This document shows positions 1 to 13,500 of a stretch of DNA of 64,000 bases, piece by piece. How positions within the stretch are numbered: the stretch's first letter is position 1; every line of letters starts with the position of its first letter. Both the position numbers and the translations under genes were made by a program. The stretch comes from Lytechinus pictus (Eukaryota): contig NW_026974141.1 of the NCBI RefSeq assembly GCF_037042905.1, positions 13,082,001 through 13,146,000 on the forward strand. Reading direction: 5' to 3'. The notes under the pieces are model-generated. The model was not told the DNA's origin. It did no database searches and worked only from the letters and a program-made list of their open reading frames with translations.

Positions 1-406
1 CTAATCTATAGTACACATACATGTACATGTAAGCATTACATTCGCTGAAAACTCTTAAAAGGCAACCAAAAAAATCCATGAAATGTTTGAGAGGACACTT
101 CCTGGCAGAGATTTGAGAAATATTTTCACCATTTAAGATCAGTTCTTCAAAACCATCATTAGGATAATGAATCAATATGAAAGTGAGACTTTTACTTTCA
201 GATTAAGTATTCTGATCATGAGGTTACAATCAAAACAAACTTTTTTTAATCTAAATATGTTAGCAGCAAAATATTCCACATCAAAAGTCAATCATGGGAT
301 AAAAAATTACAATGTGTGTCCATGTTGTCCAGTATTGTCTGTGATATTTTGGGGTGTTTTTTAATTTGCGGTGGAGAGGTTATTTCGACATTGACCTGCA
401 AATTTG

Positions 407-560
407 TATTTGAATAAATCAAAATAACTTTTCCTCATGCTTATCTACTCATTCGAGTATTTGAATAAATCAAAATAACTTTTCGTCATGCTCATCTACT
501 CATTCGAGTATTTGAATAAATCAAAATAACTTTTCGTCATGCTGATCTACTCATTCGAGT
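407..560. repeat. Tandem repeat, 3 x 51 bp
   Basis: Unit TATTTGAATAAATCAAAATAACTTTTCGTCATGCTCATCTACTCATTCGAG at 407, 458 and 509 with 1-2 substitutions. Confidence 0.9.
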
Positions 561-1229
561 ACAAATTTACAATAGCAGCAGAGGAAACAATTCCATCCAG
601 CAGTGAGCAAGGCAGATCCTTTCAAATAAAACGAATAGTACAAGACTTCCAGCATTTTCTCACTACAAATAAGTTGTATTGTACAAATGCACATAAACAA
701 ATTAACAGCTAACATTAACAGATATACATGTATCAATAACATCTATAAATAGCACGTAGTAGACCCCAACCCCTTTTCTCTTACAACCGCGACTGTTAAG
801 TCATTCAATGTGTACAAATGACCTCCTCTCCATTAAAAGTACAATGTAAATTGTAATTAGTATCAATAAAAACATCAGCTAACTCTCAATACTTCAATAT
901 TATCGAGTATAATCACATAATTAATTTTGTTATGGGCTCATTAAAATCGCATCCGAGTGCTACATCATCACTGTCTTTATACATGTATCATTATGTTTTA
1001 CAGACATTTTCTGGTACTTTTTCACTACAAAAACCAACTGCAGTTTATTCAAATAATGTGGATAAAGAAGGCAAACAGTTTTAAATTAGAGTAAAAGAAG
1101 GACTTGCTGAAAGATAATGTTCTAAAGAATGACACATACATGTATAAACTTGATAGTCCACTAGAAACATTTTCTCATGGCTCATTTTATGATTAATTTT
1201 ATTTCTAACAATTATCATTACCGCAATCC

Positions 1230-1770
1230 CACCACCATCATAAGTCAACCATCAACAGCTGCAGCAGCAGCACCATCATCACCACCACCATCACCACCAC
1301 TACCACTGCTATCATCATCACCATCATCTTCATCACTCCAAGGCAGCATTCTAATCTCCTGTCCCTTTCTCATTTTTATTTTTACCCCACCCCCCCAAAA
1401 AAAAAATAATAATAATAATAAATTTATAAAAAAATATTTAAAAAATTGCGAGCTGTCTTTTAGGAATATGATGATGGTGATGATGATGATGATGATGGAC
1501 TAATAGTAATGATGGTGGTGCAGAAGTGTGGTAGTTGTTGTGGTGACGATGATGATAGTGGTGGTGGTGGTGGTGGTGGTGTAGTGGTAGTGGTGATGAT
1601 GATGATAATAATGATGACGGTGGTGGTGGTGGTGGAGGTGGAGTTGATAAAGGTGGTGGTGGTCACAGGTGTGATAATGCTACTGATGATAGTGATGGTG
1701 AGGATGATGATGGTGGTGGTGGTGATGAAGATGAATGGTGATGATGATTGATGATAACAATGATGATATG
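1230..1770. repeat. Low-complexity trinucleotide tracts: (CAT/CAC)n followed by (GAT/GGT)n
   Basis: Seen directly; explains the spurious poly-S/T/P/V/M ORFs in the track. Confidence 0.85.
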
Positions 1771-2036
1771 AAGGAGATGGAGCAGTCAAAAGTGGCGGGT
1801 CATATCAAACTAACCTTTTCTTCACTGGTAACAACTAAAAAAAAGCCCACAGGCACTAGCAAATGATGTTTCCAACTCATCGTGCGCATTGATGTATCAG
1901 ACATCGATCCACACACAACTATAAAGATTGAAGAAAACAACCAAAACATAACAAAACAAAAACATTAAAGAAATATCCAATGTGATCTCAATTGATACTT
2001 ATCAATTATTTGAGAAAATACGACATTAACACTTAC

Positions 2037-2131
2037 CAAACAACGTGGAGCACAATAAATACAACGGCAGGGACAACAAGATCATCGCTGCCCACCGTCC
2101 AGCGGCGACCCAACGCTATCAACCCCGGCAT
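2037..2131 (-). CDS. DAGLA: Diacylglycerol lipase alpha-like, first coding exon (gene continues beyond left edge)
   Basis: Minus strand reads MPGLIALGRRWTVGSDDLVVPAVVFIVLHVV(W), then donor TG|GTAAGT at 2036. Matches the DAGL N-terminus (human DAGLA MPGIVVFRRRWSVGSDDLVLPAIFLFLLHTTW). 95-nt phase-2 exon. Confidence 0.85.
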
Positions 2132-2809
2132 TTCAGGGACGAAAGATCAGCACACCTCCGCAGGTACCTGTCAAACTTCAATCTCGTAAGTGACAAATCC
2201 TTGAAAGAGGAAGTGAATATCGTACTCCAAATCGTTTGAGGAGAAACCGGTTATAATCCACATAAGATATCCTTAATTCGGAGTATAGCTAGACAAAGGC
2301 GAAAGTCTGTGAGAAACGATGACAATTCCATTTCTAACTCCAACATAATTTGGAAATGAGAGTCGGAAAAACTCGATGCATTGGTGTTGCACCGTCAAAA
2401 TGTTATTACCCCTGGCCCTCGATCAGTTCTATGTTCCACGATATCGCTCTTGTTTACAAACCGTTTGTCCATGTTTGTCAGTGAGAAAGCACTCCCTCTC
2501 TCGGAAGAAGCATGAAAGGTTTGGGGGGTTCTTGAATTTCTGTTTATGAATGAAAATTTGCAATTTCAGTATAACCTTTTCACATTCTTTAAACCCCAGA
2601 CGCTTGAAAAGAAATGATAAAAAATTATATTCATTACATGCAAATGTATTATGTGGTAGATATAGGTCTACCAGTAACTGTTATGGAATGTGTGGACTGC
2701 CGAAACTTCAACTTTGGGTATATAGTCAAGCCCCCTCCCCTAATTTTGAAAAAGTCTAAGAGGTCTTTTGTAAACTAATTTTGCACGACTTTTATTGAAG
2801 CGTTGAATT

Positions 2810-3000
2810 TTCTCTTCTTCTCATTCTCCAACTCCTTCTTATCTTCCTTTTCATTCTCTTCCTCCCCTCCTCCTCTTCCTTCTTCTCCATCTTCGTCTTC
2901 TTCTTCCTCCTTTTCTTCTTCTTCTTCTTCTCCTTCTTCTTCTTCTGCTGCTGCTTCTCCCTTATCATCTTCATCTTCTTCTTTTACTTCTTATTTCTTC
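2810..3000. repeat. (CTT/CCT)n low-complexity tract
   Basis: Seen directly. Confidence 0.85.
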
Positions 3001-3768
3001 CCCTCTGTTTTCCTCTCCTCTGTAACTTACTTTTACCATTGTCTTGTATGTATATTATTTCTTCTACATTTATTGTGTTTGGAATTTAATGATGAATATA
3101 TTCCGCATATATTCTTCTTCTTCTTCGTAAAACGTAATCTTTCAAGGAGTCGTCCGAGCTTTAAAAAATATTTATATTTAAATAAATAGAGGAAAATTTA
3201 AGGACCTGAAAATCCATGAAAAATTGAAGTGATTGATTTATAAAGTATAGTAATATATTGTGGAAACAGTTATTAGGCACGCCGTCATGAACATTCATTA
3301 GGTGGGATATTGATGTCCGCACTTTCTATTTTTTAAGTTATATAATAATTATTACATTTCCCAAAATAAGGACATGGCGCCGGCAGCATGGTAATCACAC
3401 CACTGCAAACCTCTTTTATTTATTTATTTATTTTATTTATTTCTGATATTTTGACAGGGTAGCCCATTCACCAATAAGTAGTGGTCTTCCATGAGGCCCT
3501 GAATAACAATAAACATATTTACAAAATGCATAACGTATGTACAGAATGTTACATCATTAAGATTCACATTAGGATTTGAATGTAAAACGAAACATTAACA
3601 AACTTAGCAGCAAACAAAACGCAGACGGGCACTCGTTTGACGTATAATAAAATATCAATAAATCAAATTAATTAAGAAGGACATCTTGAAAATACTGATA
3701 ATATACACCAAATCATCAAGGTCATGCTAACACAAAATAAGCACAACAGTGGATGTTCCGCAAGTTAT

Positions 3769-6700
3769 TTATAAATTACAAGTTCTTTTAAACATTCGCT
3801 TAAATGAAATGACAGAAGGAGCTGTTCTAATTGAATTATCAAGCTTATTCCATTTAAATATTGAAGATACGATTGGACTACACTTATAACAATCAGTGCG
3901 AAACTTGGGCACGCGTAAATATCCACTGTCTCTCTGTCTGGTATGATGTTCATGTACATCATTTGGATTGGTTAAGTTTACCTGAAGGTAAGAAGGTGCT
4001 AAATATGGACACATTTAAATACCATCAAAACGCGACTGAGCTCAAATCGTTTGTCTAGTGTCATCCATTTAAGACTTGTGGACAAATCAGCCGACGGTGT
4101 GTCGTATGTCTTGTTCAATATAATTCTTGCAGCCCTCTTCTGAATTTTTTGCAGCTTAATTGTATGGGATTGAAATCTATTCGACCATACAGCAGAACAG
4201 TAATCAAATCTTGGCAACACTAAACTGTTATAAAGCAACTTTAAGGACTGCACAGGCAAAGAACTTTTCGCTCTCTTTATTATGCCAATGCTTTTCTGAG
4301 TAAGTTTACATACATTTTCTATTTGTTTTGACCATTTCAGTTCTTCATCTATCAAAACTCCTAAGCATTTGGTGAATTGAACTCTATTTATCAAATCACC
4401 GTTTAACAAAATCGTGAAAGAATCTATTTTCCTGAGATTAGCACGAGAACCTATTATCATGACACAAGTTTTTTCAGTGTTGAGGACGAGCTGATTATCT
4501 TTAATCCATGCCATGACCTTGTTTAATGCAACAGTTAATTTTTCTTCCAAAACTGTCGCATCATTCGCACTGACGGTAAGTGTCGTGTCGTCAGCGTACA
4601 TATCTATAATACCTTCATGAATACATTCAGGTAAACTATTAACATATATTGAAAATAAAAGGGGACCTAGAATTGACCCTTGTGGCACGCCTAATTTGAC
4701 GATTGAAGGGTGCGATTTGGCTCCTTTAAATTGTGTCACTTGTTGTCGATCAAATAAATATGATTTGAACCAAGTGATAGTCCTCTTACTACAACCAATG
4801 CAAGTTAATTTCTTTAAAAGCAGCTCATGGTCCACGGTATCAAAGGCCTTCCGAAGATCTATGAACGCAACTCCAGAAATTAAATTGTTATCAATGTTTA
4901 ACGACCACTGATTTACAAGTTTTGCAAGGGCAGTAGTTGTTGAATGCATAGGCCGAAAACCAGATTGATTTGGGTGTAATAAATCATTCACGTCCAAGAA
5001 TTCACTTAGCTGTTGGTGAACAGCCCTTTCTAAAATTTTACTCACGATTGGTAATATAGAAATTGGGCGGTAATTATTCAACGAAGACATATCACCAGAT
5101 TTAAATATTGGTACTACCCGAGCCTTTTTCCATTCACGAGGAACAACTCCAGTAGTAAGGGATTTGTTAATAATATCACAAAGGGACTCTGCGATAACAT
5201 TTTTTGTCATCTTTAAAAGTTTGCAGCTGACATGATCTTCCCCAGTTGATTTATCTATACTCAGATTATCAATCTGTTTCAAAACAAAATCTCTAGTAAT
5301 CAACTCTAGCTCAAATTGAGAGTGAATTGAACCAACATTTGTATCATCTTCTACTTGAACTCTCTGTTGAGACGTATCCCTTTGCAGGTCCTTAGTAATA
5401 TTAGTAGCATTTGAAATGAAAAATTCATTAAATGCTTCAGCAATATTTGCATTGCCCGACACATCTGTTCCATCTACGTTTATGGTGTTGGGAGAAATAG
5501 GTAATGACTTGGGCACAAGTTCTCTCAAACATCTCCACATTTTCTTACTATTGTTTTGATTTTGTGAAATCTGGTTAGCATTATATTCTTTTTTACTTTT
5601 TCTCATGAGATGAATAACTTTATTTTTCAGAAATTTGTATGTGTCCCAAATATCATTATTTTTGTTAACTTTAGCTGTTTTTAGAACCTTATCACGTTCC
5701 TTCATTAGCTTGACGACCTCGTCAGATATCCAAGGACAAGCTTTTTTTCTTATCCGCTTTTTACAAAAGGGAATGTGCCTGTTGATTACATCATTGAAAA
5801 AAGTCAACCATACATCCCAAGCAACATCAACATCATCTATATCTTTTACGACCTGCCAAGGAATATTTCTCAATTCACTATAAAATGTTTCCTCATCAAG
5901 ATTTTTAAATGAACGAAATTCTGCAAATTCGGAATCTTTATACATCTTAGCACTGAAATCGCGAATTGTATACACCAAATAATGATCACTTATACTAGTT
6001 TCAAATATTCCCCATTCACTGTATAGTTCTTTGTCTGATACAAATATCAAATCAATTAAAGTGGCAGAGGTATTTGTGACTCTTGTAGCAGTATCAATTA
6101 GCTGACTCAGCCCGTACATATTTGTATAAAACATTATTTTTTCCCCATTCACATCATTTTGTTGTGGCATACAATCACAGTTGAAATCACCCAAAATCAT
6201 ACTGCTCATATCTTCCAAGAGAGCAGCATCCAAGTTTCTGTCTAATTCTTCAAAGAAATCAACATGAGAATTCGGAGGTCTATAAAACTCCCCAACCAGA
6301 ATTGGAGACTTGTTTGGATAATGCAATTCAAACCAAATACATTCTAAATTTGGTGAAATCAGATCATCCCTTCTTTTGTAATTGAACTTCTTCGATATGT
6401 ATACAGCCACACCACCTCCGTGTCTCGTACGATCTCTACGTAATAAGACATAATCATCAATACGCAATTCAGAATCATCAATCATTGAGTCGCAAAGTGT
6501 CTCATTCAATCCGACAACATCAAATGATGAATTTCTCAGAAGTAATCTAAGTTCATCAATTTTAGCAATTAAACTGTGAATATTCAAATGAGCAAATTTT
6601 AAGCCTCTGTTTCTAAACCTAGGAACTGAACCATTTACTAATTGATTAATTTTACCCTTTCTCAGTTGATGTGATGGTTCCTGAAAATCATTTTCAAAAC

Positions 6701-6911
6701 TACCAGTAGGCCTACTGGATGTATCAAGGTGATTAAAAGTCTCATTACCAACTTGTGAAGAGTTACGAGAAAATGATGGTGATATTGAATAAGATTCGTC
6801 ACGGCTTTCACAAGATTCACCACAGTTAGAGACAGAGTTTAGCTGCATGTTGCTTTGACGAAACGTAGATACTCGTGCCACTCCTGTTGATCTTTCGTCT
6901 GTGGAAGCCAA
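3769..6911 (-). CDS. LINE ORF2: APE endonuclease + reverse transcriptase, single frameshift near 4000
   Basis: APE motifs HLNIHSL, GLNET, YRPPNS, ILGDFN, IDLIF, SDH; RT motifs YRPISILP, DLRKAFD, GVPQGSILGP, YADD. ORF 3999-6911 stops at FKCVHI*, but the typical C-terminus (LAPSYL...WNKL...FKR) continues in ORF 3769-4014, indicating a 1-nt deletion. Confidence 0.92.
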
Positions 6912-8266
6912 GGATGGACCGGTGTTGATTTCAGCCTCCCTCTGGGTGGAATCACCTCGAAATCCTGCGTTGAAGATCCCATCAGAGCTTCAGCGTAGGT
7001 CATATTCTGATCAAGTGGAGCTTGCCCTCGAAGTCGCTCGATGAAGCGTCGAAAATTTGAGGCTAGAACAGCTTGTCCTGCCTTATTTATATGTACTCCA
7101 TCCTTACCAAGGTGCCTGTCACCGATGTTGTTGTTGTCGATGAAACCCCATCCCCTTTCACGTGAAGCTCTCTTTAGTCGCTCATTTACCACATCAACCC
7201 GGCGTCTCTGATGAGCTGATTCCCACCTGCGGTGAATTATACTGGACAAGCCAACTTCACAGCCATTCGCTGAGATAGCGTCTGCTAAGGATACGATGTT
7301 TTCAGCGATCTGTGGACTTCCATTATCCTTCGATAAGTCATTCGACCCAATATGAAGAATGACGTCACCCTTCCTCTTAACACCCTCAGTTACATTCGAG
7401 GAGATGTTAGCCACCTTTGCCCCTGGATTTGGATGGCAGACAACATTCCGCTTTCGGCTGAGGAGTCGGCTCACGATGTGTTTTATCATCGAGTCACCTT
7501 CTATGACGACATCGGGGAGTTCAGACAAGCGGCCTCGGCGATCTCTTTGTTGATAATCAGTGATCTCTTCACTCATCGTCTTCGAAGTCGAAGGTTTGGT
7601 ATCAGCACATTCGATGACATCATTTAGCTGCTCTGACAAGAAGCGTCGACGATGACCTTCACGGTAATCTCTAATCTGGTCGCTTGTCGACATCGAAGTC
7701 GAGGATTTGGCCTCAGTGTTCTCGACGAGAGAATCGGGGGACTTAGACAAGTGGCGTTGGCGATGTCGATTTCGGTAGTCATTGATCTGGTCACTCACCG
7801 AGGGATATGACGAAGTACAAGCTTCCGCGTCAGTATGATGTTCCGCAAGGACATCAAATCGATTCTTTGTAGGGATGGAAGGCTTGTAAATCCTCACCGG
7901 ATTGATTCTCGATACAGTTCCAGCGATTTCATGAAGAGTTTTTTTCGCCTTTCCTACTTGCCCTTCGTTCTCGAACTTAGCTTCAAGAATGGTTATCCTT
8001 TCGGCCAACTCATTCACGGAAGACAAAACTAGATTGAACAGCTCATAAATGTCAGATTGTTCGGTGTTAGTTTCCTGATCTATTTTGTTTTCATTCCTTA
8101 TTTCATTGATCTGAGATTGTAGGATAGTGTCATTTACTTCTTTATCAATAGCACTCTGGAGTCGTTTAACCAACGTATCTTTTACACCAGATTTATTCAG
8201 CCCGCGTTTTTGCAATTCTGCTTTCAGTTCTTTAAGTCGGAGAGTTTTCACATTAACTGCGGCCAT
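6839..8266 (-). CDS. LINE ORF1: SAP domain, coiled coil, 3 x 37-aa repeats, SGNH/GDSL esterase domain
   Basis: N-terminal LRLKELKAELQKRGLNKSGVKDTLVKRL (SAP); GDSM, PGA, HIGSND and DGVH blocks of an SGNH hydrolase, as known for CR1/L2 ORF1 esterases. Confidence 0.88.
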   Translation of the reverse strand: MAAVNVKTLRLKELKAELQKRGLNKSGVKDTLVKRLQSAIDKEVNDTILQSQINEIRNENKIDQETNTEQSDIYELFNLVLSSVNELAERITILEAKFENEGQVGKAKKTLHEIAGTVSRINPVRIYKPSIPTKNRFDVLAEHHTDAEACTSSYPSVSDQINDYRNRHRQRHLSKSPDSLVENTEAKSSTSMSTSDQIRDYREGHRRRFLSEQLNDVIECADTKPSTSKTMSEEITDYQQRDRRGRLSELPDVVIEGDSMIKHIVSRLLSRKRNVVCHPNPGAKVANISSNVTEGVKRKGDVILHIGSNDLSKDNGSPQIAENIVSLADAISANGCEVGLSSIIHRRWESAHQRRRVDVVNERLKRASRERGWGFIDNNNIGDRHLGKDGVHINKAGQAVLASNFRRFIERLRGQAPLDQNMTYAEALMGSSTQDFEVIPPRGRLKSTPVHPWLPQTKDQQEWHEYLRFVKATCS

Positions 8267-9259
8267 TGTGACGTCATCTATATTGCACAGACCATCATCG
8301 CGTCACGTCAGGGATATGTCACACGCGCGTTGATCACTCGCGTTGTTACCAAGTTCATTGCGCGTGTATTGTTTATGTGCGCTAAAATGTTCAAATAACT
8401 CCAAAATAATGAATTAAAATTTACCAAAATAACGGTTTAAAATGGCCCAAAACATTGAAAGTCAATAAGATACGAGAAAATAAGTAGCACAAGGCTCACC
8501 ACTGTCGATTTCCTGTCAGCGTGGTATGTAAAAGTTCCTTTAAATCCAAGTTATTGCTGCAAAAATTGCAATTTTTCCGGAGCAGTTAAAAACACGTCCT
8601 TCCTGCTCAATTATTTTCGTCCAAGTGCACTTTTGCTATTGGCAGCTGTTCACAACATCGTTATTTGTGTTATTTTGTCATGTTTATATCATCTGGCATC
8701 TGTAGATAATCGTTATATTACTGTATCGAACAGTAATATAATAATGTAGTATGATTATAATGTATAATGTACTCTGATTTATGTATCATGTAATAATGTA
8801 AATTTAACCTGCCGGCCAACCTAATAGGTTGCCGGGCCTGGTTCTTGTTATTCTTGATCTTTAATAAAGACACGATATACTACTACTAATTTTTTTCATA
8901 CATTATAGGGTGTTTTTTTTTTTTTTTTTTTTTTTTGGGGGGGGGGGTATGTGTCCCTTGTCACAAGATAAGTTACAGTAATTAATAAATAGACCAATGC
9001 AGTAAGTCAGTAATTTTTCAATCCATTTTTTTTTATTCTAGGTGGTCATAATTTGAATGAAAATAAATTTTCAAAGCAAGTTACTGTTCGTGCATACAAG
9101 TTACTGTTTCACCGAAACAATGTAAATAGCTTTAAAATGTCATAACTTTGTTATTCCTTATCCGATTTTTAGGAAATTTGCAGTGTTTTGTTTGTCCGAT
9201 TTTTCTTTCTGCCGTATTATGTTGAGCCTGGAGTACCCCTATAAAGCTTTAAAGGGGAC

Positions 9260-9832
9260 TGTGGCTGCCTCTATACAAGAGGAGTTTCCAATAATATACG
9301 ACGAATGACAGGACGAGTTTCATATACGATTTACAAAAACTCTTTAATAATAGATGATTGTCGATTTTGATCAGAAGAATTATTTTGTAGATTAAGCGTT
9401 GCAGATAACATTCTGAAAATTATAGAACAGATATACAAGAATCATAAATACACAGACATATTATCTTCTCGTTTACACATTAGATTCATATTTACATAAT
9501 TTAGTTAATCATCATCATTCACATTAAAACAACATCGATTCATCATTATTCTCATAATAAATATTTGGTAATAACAGAGTGCAATTAATAATCCAATAAA
9601 AGTAATCGAACTTACCAAATATGGCTTTCTGTTTCTTTCTGTATACTTGACACAGCCTTTTTCCTTTTAACGTTAATACTGAAACCATGACAAATATTAA
9701 TAACACGCGCGCAACTATTATGATTATTATTATTATTATGCGCAAATATACATGGCAACCATGACGCAGCAATCAAGATTAAAATGACACTGATTACGTA
9801 ACAATTAATGCGCGCATTGCGTCGCAGCAACA
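9260..9832 (-). repeat. 3' LTR of BEL element (573 bp)
   Basis: No difference from 16185-16757 found by eye; preceded on the minus strand by purine-rich AAAGGAGCCA (PPT-like, 9833-9842). Confidence 0.95.
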
Positions 9833-10546
9833 TGGCTCCTTTAACTGATTATCCAAAACAGTTACTTATATATATATATATACTTATAAACTTCAATTAG
9901 AAATATCTATAGCGCTTGCATAAAAATAACAATACTATAAACCACTTTTAAAAATATCAATAAACAATAAAGTATTCATGCTTTAGTATTATGCTTGCAT
10001 GCTCTCATCACAGTTTGATAAGTGAATAATTCTAATAGTTCGAAGTTTCAAACGTTCGAAAGCACATTCAGGTCAAAACTATACGATAAAATCATAAAAT
10101 GATAAATAAAAGAATGCATAATACAATATTTTGAACGATATCTCAAAATATAGCAAGCCTTTTTTTCTTTTCAAATGCATTTCCTTGATCCAATTTGATT
10201 CTTGAAACATCAAGAATATAATATATTAAATTTGTATATGTATCATGCCAAATAATGCACGTTGCAATATAAGCAATGTTTCGCTTATTTGGTTGAACAA
10301 ACCAAAATGAAATATCACATATTCAAAAAGCACAGAAACAATTTTCCAAGCTATCAATAACTTTGCATATCAATCTGCTAATTGCCTATTGATATAAAAA
10401 TAAACGATAATAATATAACAGTATAATTGTTCTTGTGTTTGGCTCCTTGCGGGGGAATCCCTAAATGTCTTTCGCGTAGATTATACTAGCCCATGTAAAA
10501 AGCAGTCTCTTTCTGTTATAGTGTCAGTATCACATTAAGAACAAAT

Positions 10547-13500
10547 CTAGTCATCTGCCAGGATCAAAACGAGCTTATGTATGGGTCTTTCCAAAAATCT
10601 AGGCTCATGCTTACGTTTACCGTCTTTTCGAAGATCGCGATCAGCCATGATCAGTTTCACTTTACGAACTCGACCGTCATCACATTTGTAGGCTTCTGTC
10701 ACTCTTCCTAGTGGCCACTGACTTCGAGTATCGCTGCAGTCTTTTACAATGACGATGTCGCCTATCGCGAGGTCACGCTTTGGATGGACCCACTTCTGTC
10801 TTGTTTGGATGTCTTGGAGATATTCACGCTTCCATCTACTCCAGAATTCGTTCGCTAGATACTGCACACGACGCCACCACTTCCGAGCATATACGTCTTC
10901 TCGCTGAAACTTGCCTGGGGGAGGCATCACAACTTTTGCCTTCATGGTTAGCAGATGGTTCGGGGTCAACGGTTCAGGGGCATCTCCTGCACATAGATTA
11001 GCTGTAGACAGTGGTCTGGAATTGACAACTGACTCTACTTCAGTAAGGAACGTCTGGAAGGATTCATCATCTAGTTGTGACCCTGAACTAATGAGGAGGG
11101 GTTCAAGGACTCTGCGTACTGTACCAATCTGGCTCTCCCAAACTCCTCCCATGTGAGATGCACTCGGCGTGTTCATCTGGAAGGGTATCCAATCAACTCC
11201 ATTCTCAAGTAGATACGTCTGGATAGATTCCTGGTCCAACTCTCTCATTGCTTCCCGCAACTCGTTTCTAGCGCCAACGAAAGCCGTCCCTCTATCAGAT
11301 CTGATCTGTCTGACTGGTCCACGACGAGTGAGGAACCGCCGGAGGCAGTTGATGAAGCTACTGCTTGTGAGACTATTTGCTGCTTCTAGATGAATGGCTC
11401 TTGATGCCATACAAGTGAAAAGTACTCCATATCTTTTCACAATACTTCTTTTTTCTTTGATGTTGAAAGGTCCAAAGTAGTCCACAGCACAGTATGTGAA
11501 TGGGGGTGCCGGTTCTAGGCGATCTTTTGGCAGATCTGCCATCTTCTGTTGCTGCAATGGTCCTCTCATTTTTCTGCACAAGACGCACTTTGATATGATA
11601 CTGGAAACTGCAGAAGAACCACCAATCACCCAGTATCCATTTTGTCTCAGTTGATTATGTGTGATTCCTCTTCCCATGTGGTTAACCTGCTCATGCTTGT
11701 GTCTTATGAGCAATGTCGTCATATGAGAATTTCTCGGCATGATGACGGGATGCTTGATTTCGTCAGGTACGGCAGCTTTGTCGATTCTTCCACCAACTCG
11801 CATGATACCATCACTGCCAATGTATGGATCTAGACGATATAGAGAACTGATTGGCTTGATTTCACTGTTTCTCTTCCTTGCTGTCTGTCTGTCATTTTGC
11901 TCACCAGAGCCTAAGTTGCGAAGTACCATCAATTCGTCACGAAAATGTTTTATCTGCAAGTTTCGGATTATTTCAGTTTCTGCTGCATCGACTTCTGCAA
12001 CTGTCAAGATAACACGTTGGAGTGGACGGTTCAATTTAGGGCTTGTCTTCCTCTTCACTTCTCTCTTTCGTAGTTTACTTTTGAACATCATACATAGTGC
12101 TACCACTCTCTTGGCACGTTGCCAGCTTGAGATATGCTGGAGGCGACTAATCTCGAAGTGGTTGGCTCTAGCAGTCATTGTAGACAAGGTCGACACATGT
12201 CTAACTTCTGGGTCATCTTTCTCACAGCTGGCTTTATACTGCTCTGTAGGAATCTTGAATTCTCCTTTCTCATGAAGAAACTTCGGTCCAACCAGCCAGC
12301 GGCTACTTTCAACGAGCTCCTTTGCTGTCATCCCTCGAGACGCCTCATCAGCAGGGTTGTCTTCTGTGTTCACATAGAACCATCTTTTGGGGTTTGTTTC
12401 GTCATGTATCTGTTGCACCCTATTTGCCACGAAGACATGGAATCTCCTTGCTTCGTTACGAATGTAACCCAAGACTACTTGACTATCTGTCCAGAAGAAT
12501 TCTTGAGGTTTAGCCACTGTCAATTCTTTCCTTAGAAATGTACTCATCTTTGCTGATACAGTGGCAGCCGTCAGTTCGAGTCTGGGAATAGTCATCTGTC
12601 TGAGTGGGGTTACTCTTGATTTGGCTGTCACGAGAGAGCAACACACTTTGTCCTCTTCATTCACCAGGCGAATATAAGAGCACTGTCCGTAACCATCAAA
12701 ACTTGCATCTGAAAAGTGATGTAACTCCGTACGCTTTACTTTGCCGAAGTTTGGAGGCTTGTAGCATCTTGGGACGTTTAGTTTCTCGAGTTCACTTATT
12801 TCAGATCTCCATTTCTCCCACTGTGGTCTGACGTCATCGGGTAAGGGGCTGTCCCAATCAAGTTTCCTTCTGCAGAGGTCCTGGAGAATCTGTTTTCCTC
12901 TCAGAGTCACTGGACTTGCAAGGCCGATAGGGTCATAAATTGAGCCAACAGTGGATAGAACTCCCCGTCTAGTAAGAGGGCGATCTTTAAGCTCAATTCG
13001 GAACTGCAATGTATCACTTTCCACGCACCAGAATACACCTAATGCTCTCTCTATTGGTAGTGGATCAACTTCTAGGTCCAAGTCAGCAATACCCTTAGCT
13101 CTGTCTTCGATAGGAAAACTCTGCAGAACCTCCTTATTGTTAGACATTATCTTGTGTAATCTCAGTCCAGCTTTACTGCAGATTGCTTGACTTGCTTTCA
13201 TGACACTCACGGCTTCATCTGGGGTTGCGACTGACTTAAGTCCGTCGTCGACATAGAAGTCATCTCGAATATATGAAGCTGCATTGGACCCAAACTCAGC
13301 TTCGCCATCATCTGCTGCTTTCTTGAAGCCATAGTTAGCACATCCAGGTGAGCTAGTAGCGCCGAATAGGTGAACCTTCATCCTGTATTCGATCACGTTT
13401 TTGTTTGGGTCACCATCTTCCCACCACAAGAAACGGAGAAGGTCCCGATCTTCCTCCGACACGAAGAATTGGTGAAACATTCCTTTGATGTCTCCAACGA

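Larger units (their letters stand above)
3416..8608 (-). mobile_element. Near full-length non-LTR retrotransposon (CR1/L2 group LINE)
   Basis: ORF1 and ORF2 on minus strand; 3' UTR ends in a stem-loop (CAGGG...CCCTG, about 3455-3501) and a (TAAA)n tail at about 3416-3443; 5' boundary approximate. Confidence 0.9.

Noticed and set aside
1177-3189. Poly-S/T/V/M/K ORFs
   Set aside because: Translations of microsatellites
9524-9833. 82-aa and 73-aa ORFs duplicated at 16449-16755
   Set aside because: They lie inside the LTRs, are low-complexity and span the predicted intron; identity simply reflects LTR duplication
9833-10546. Possible env or extra ORF in the BEL 3' region
   Set aside because: AT-rich, with no ORF of 60 aa or more in the track
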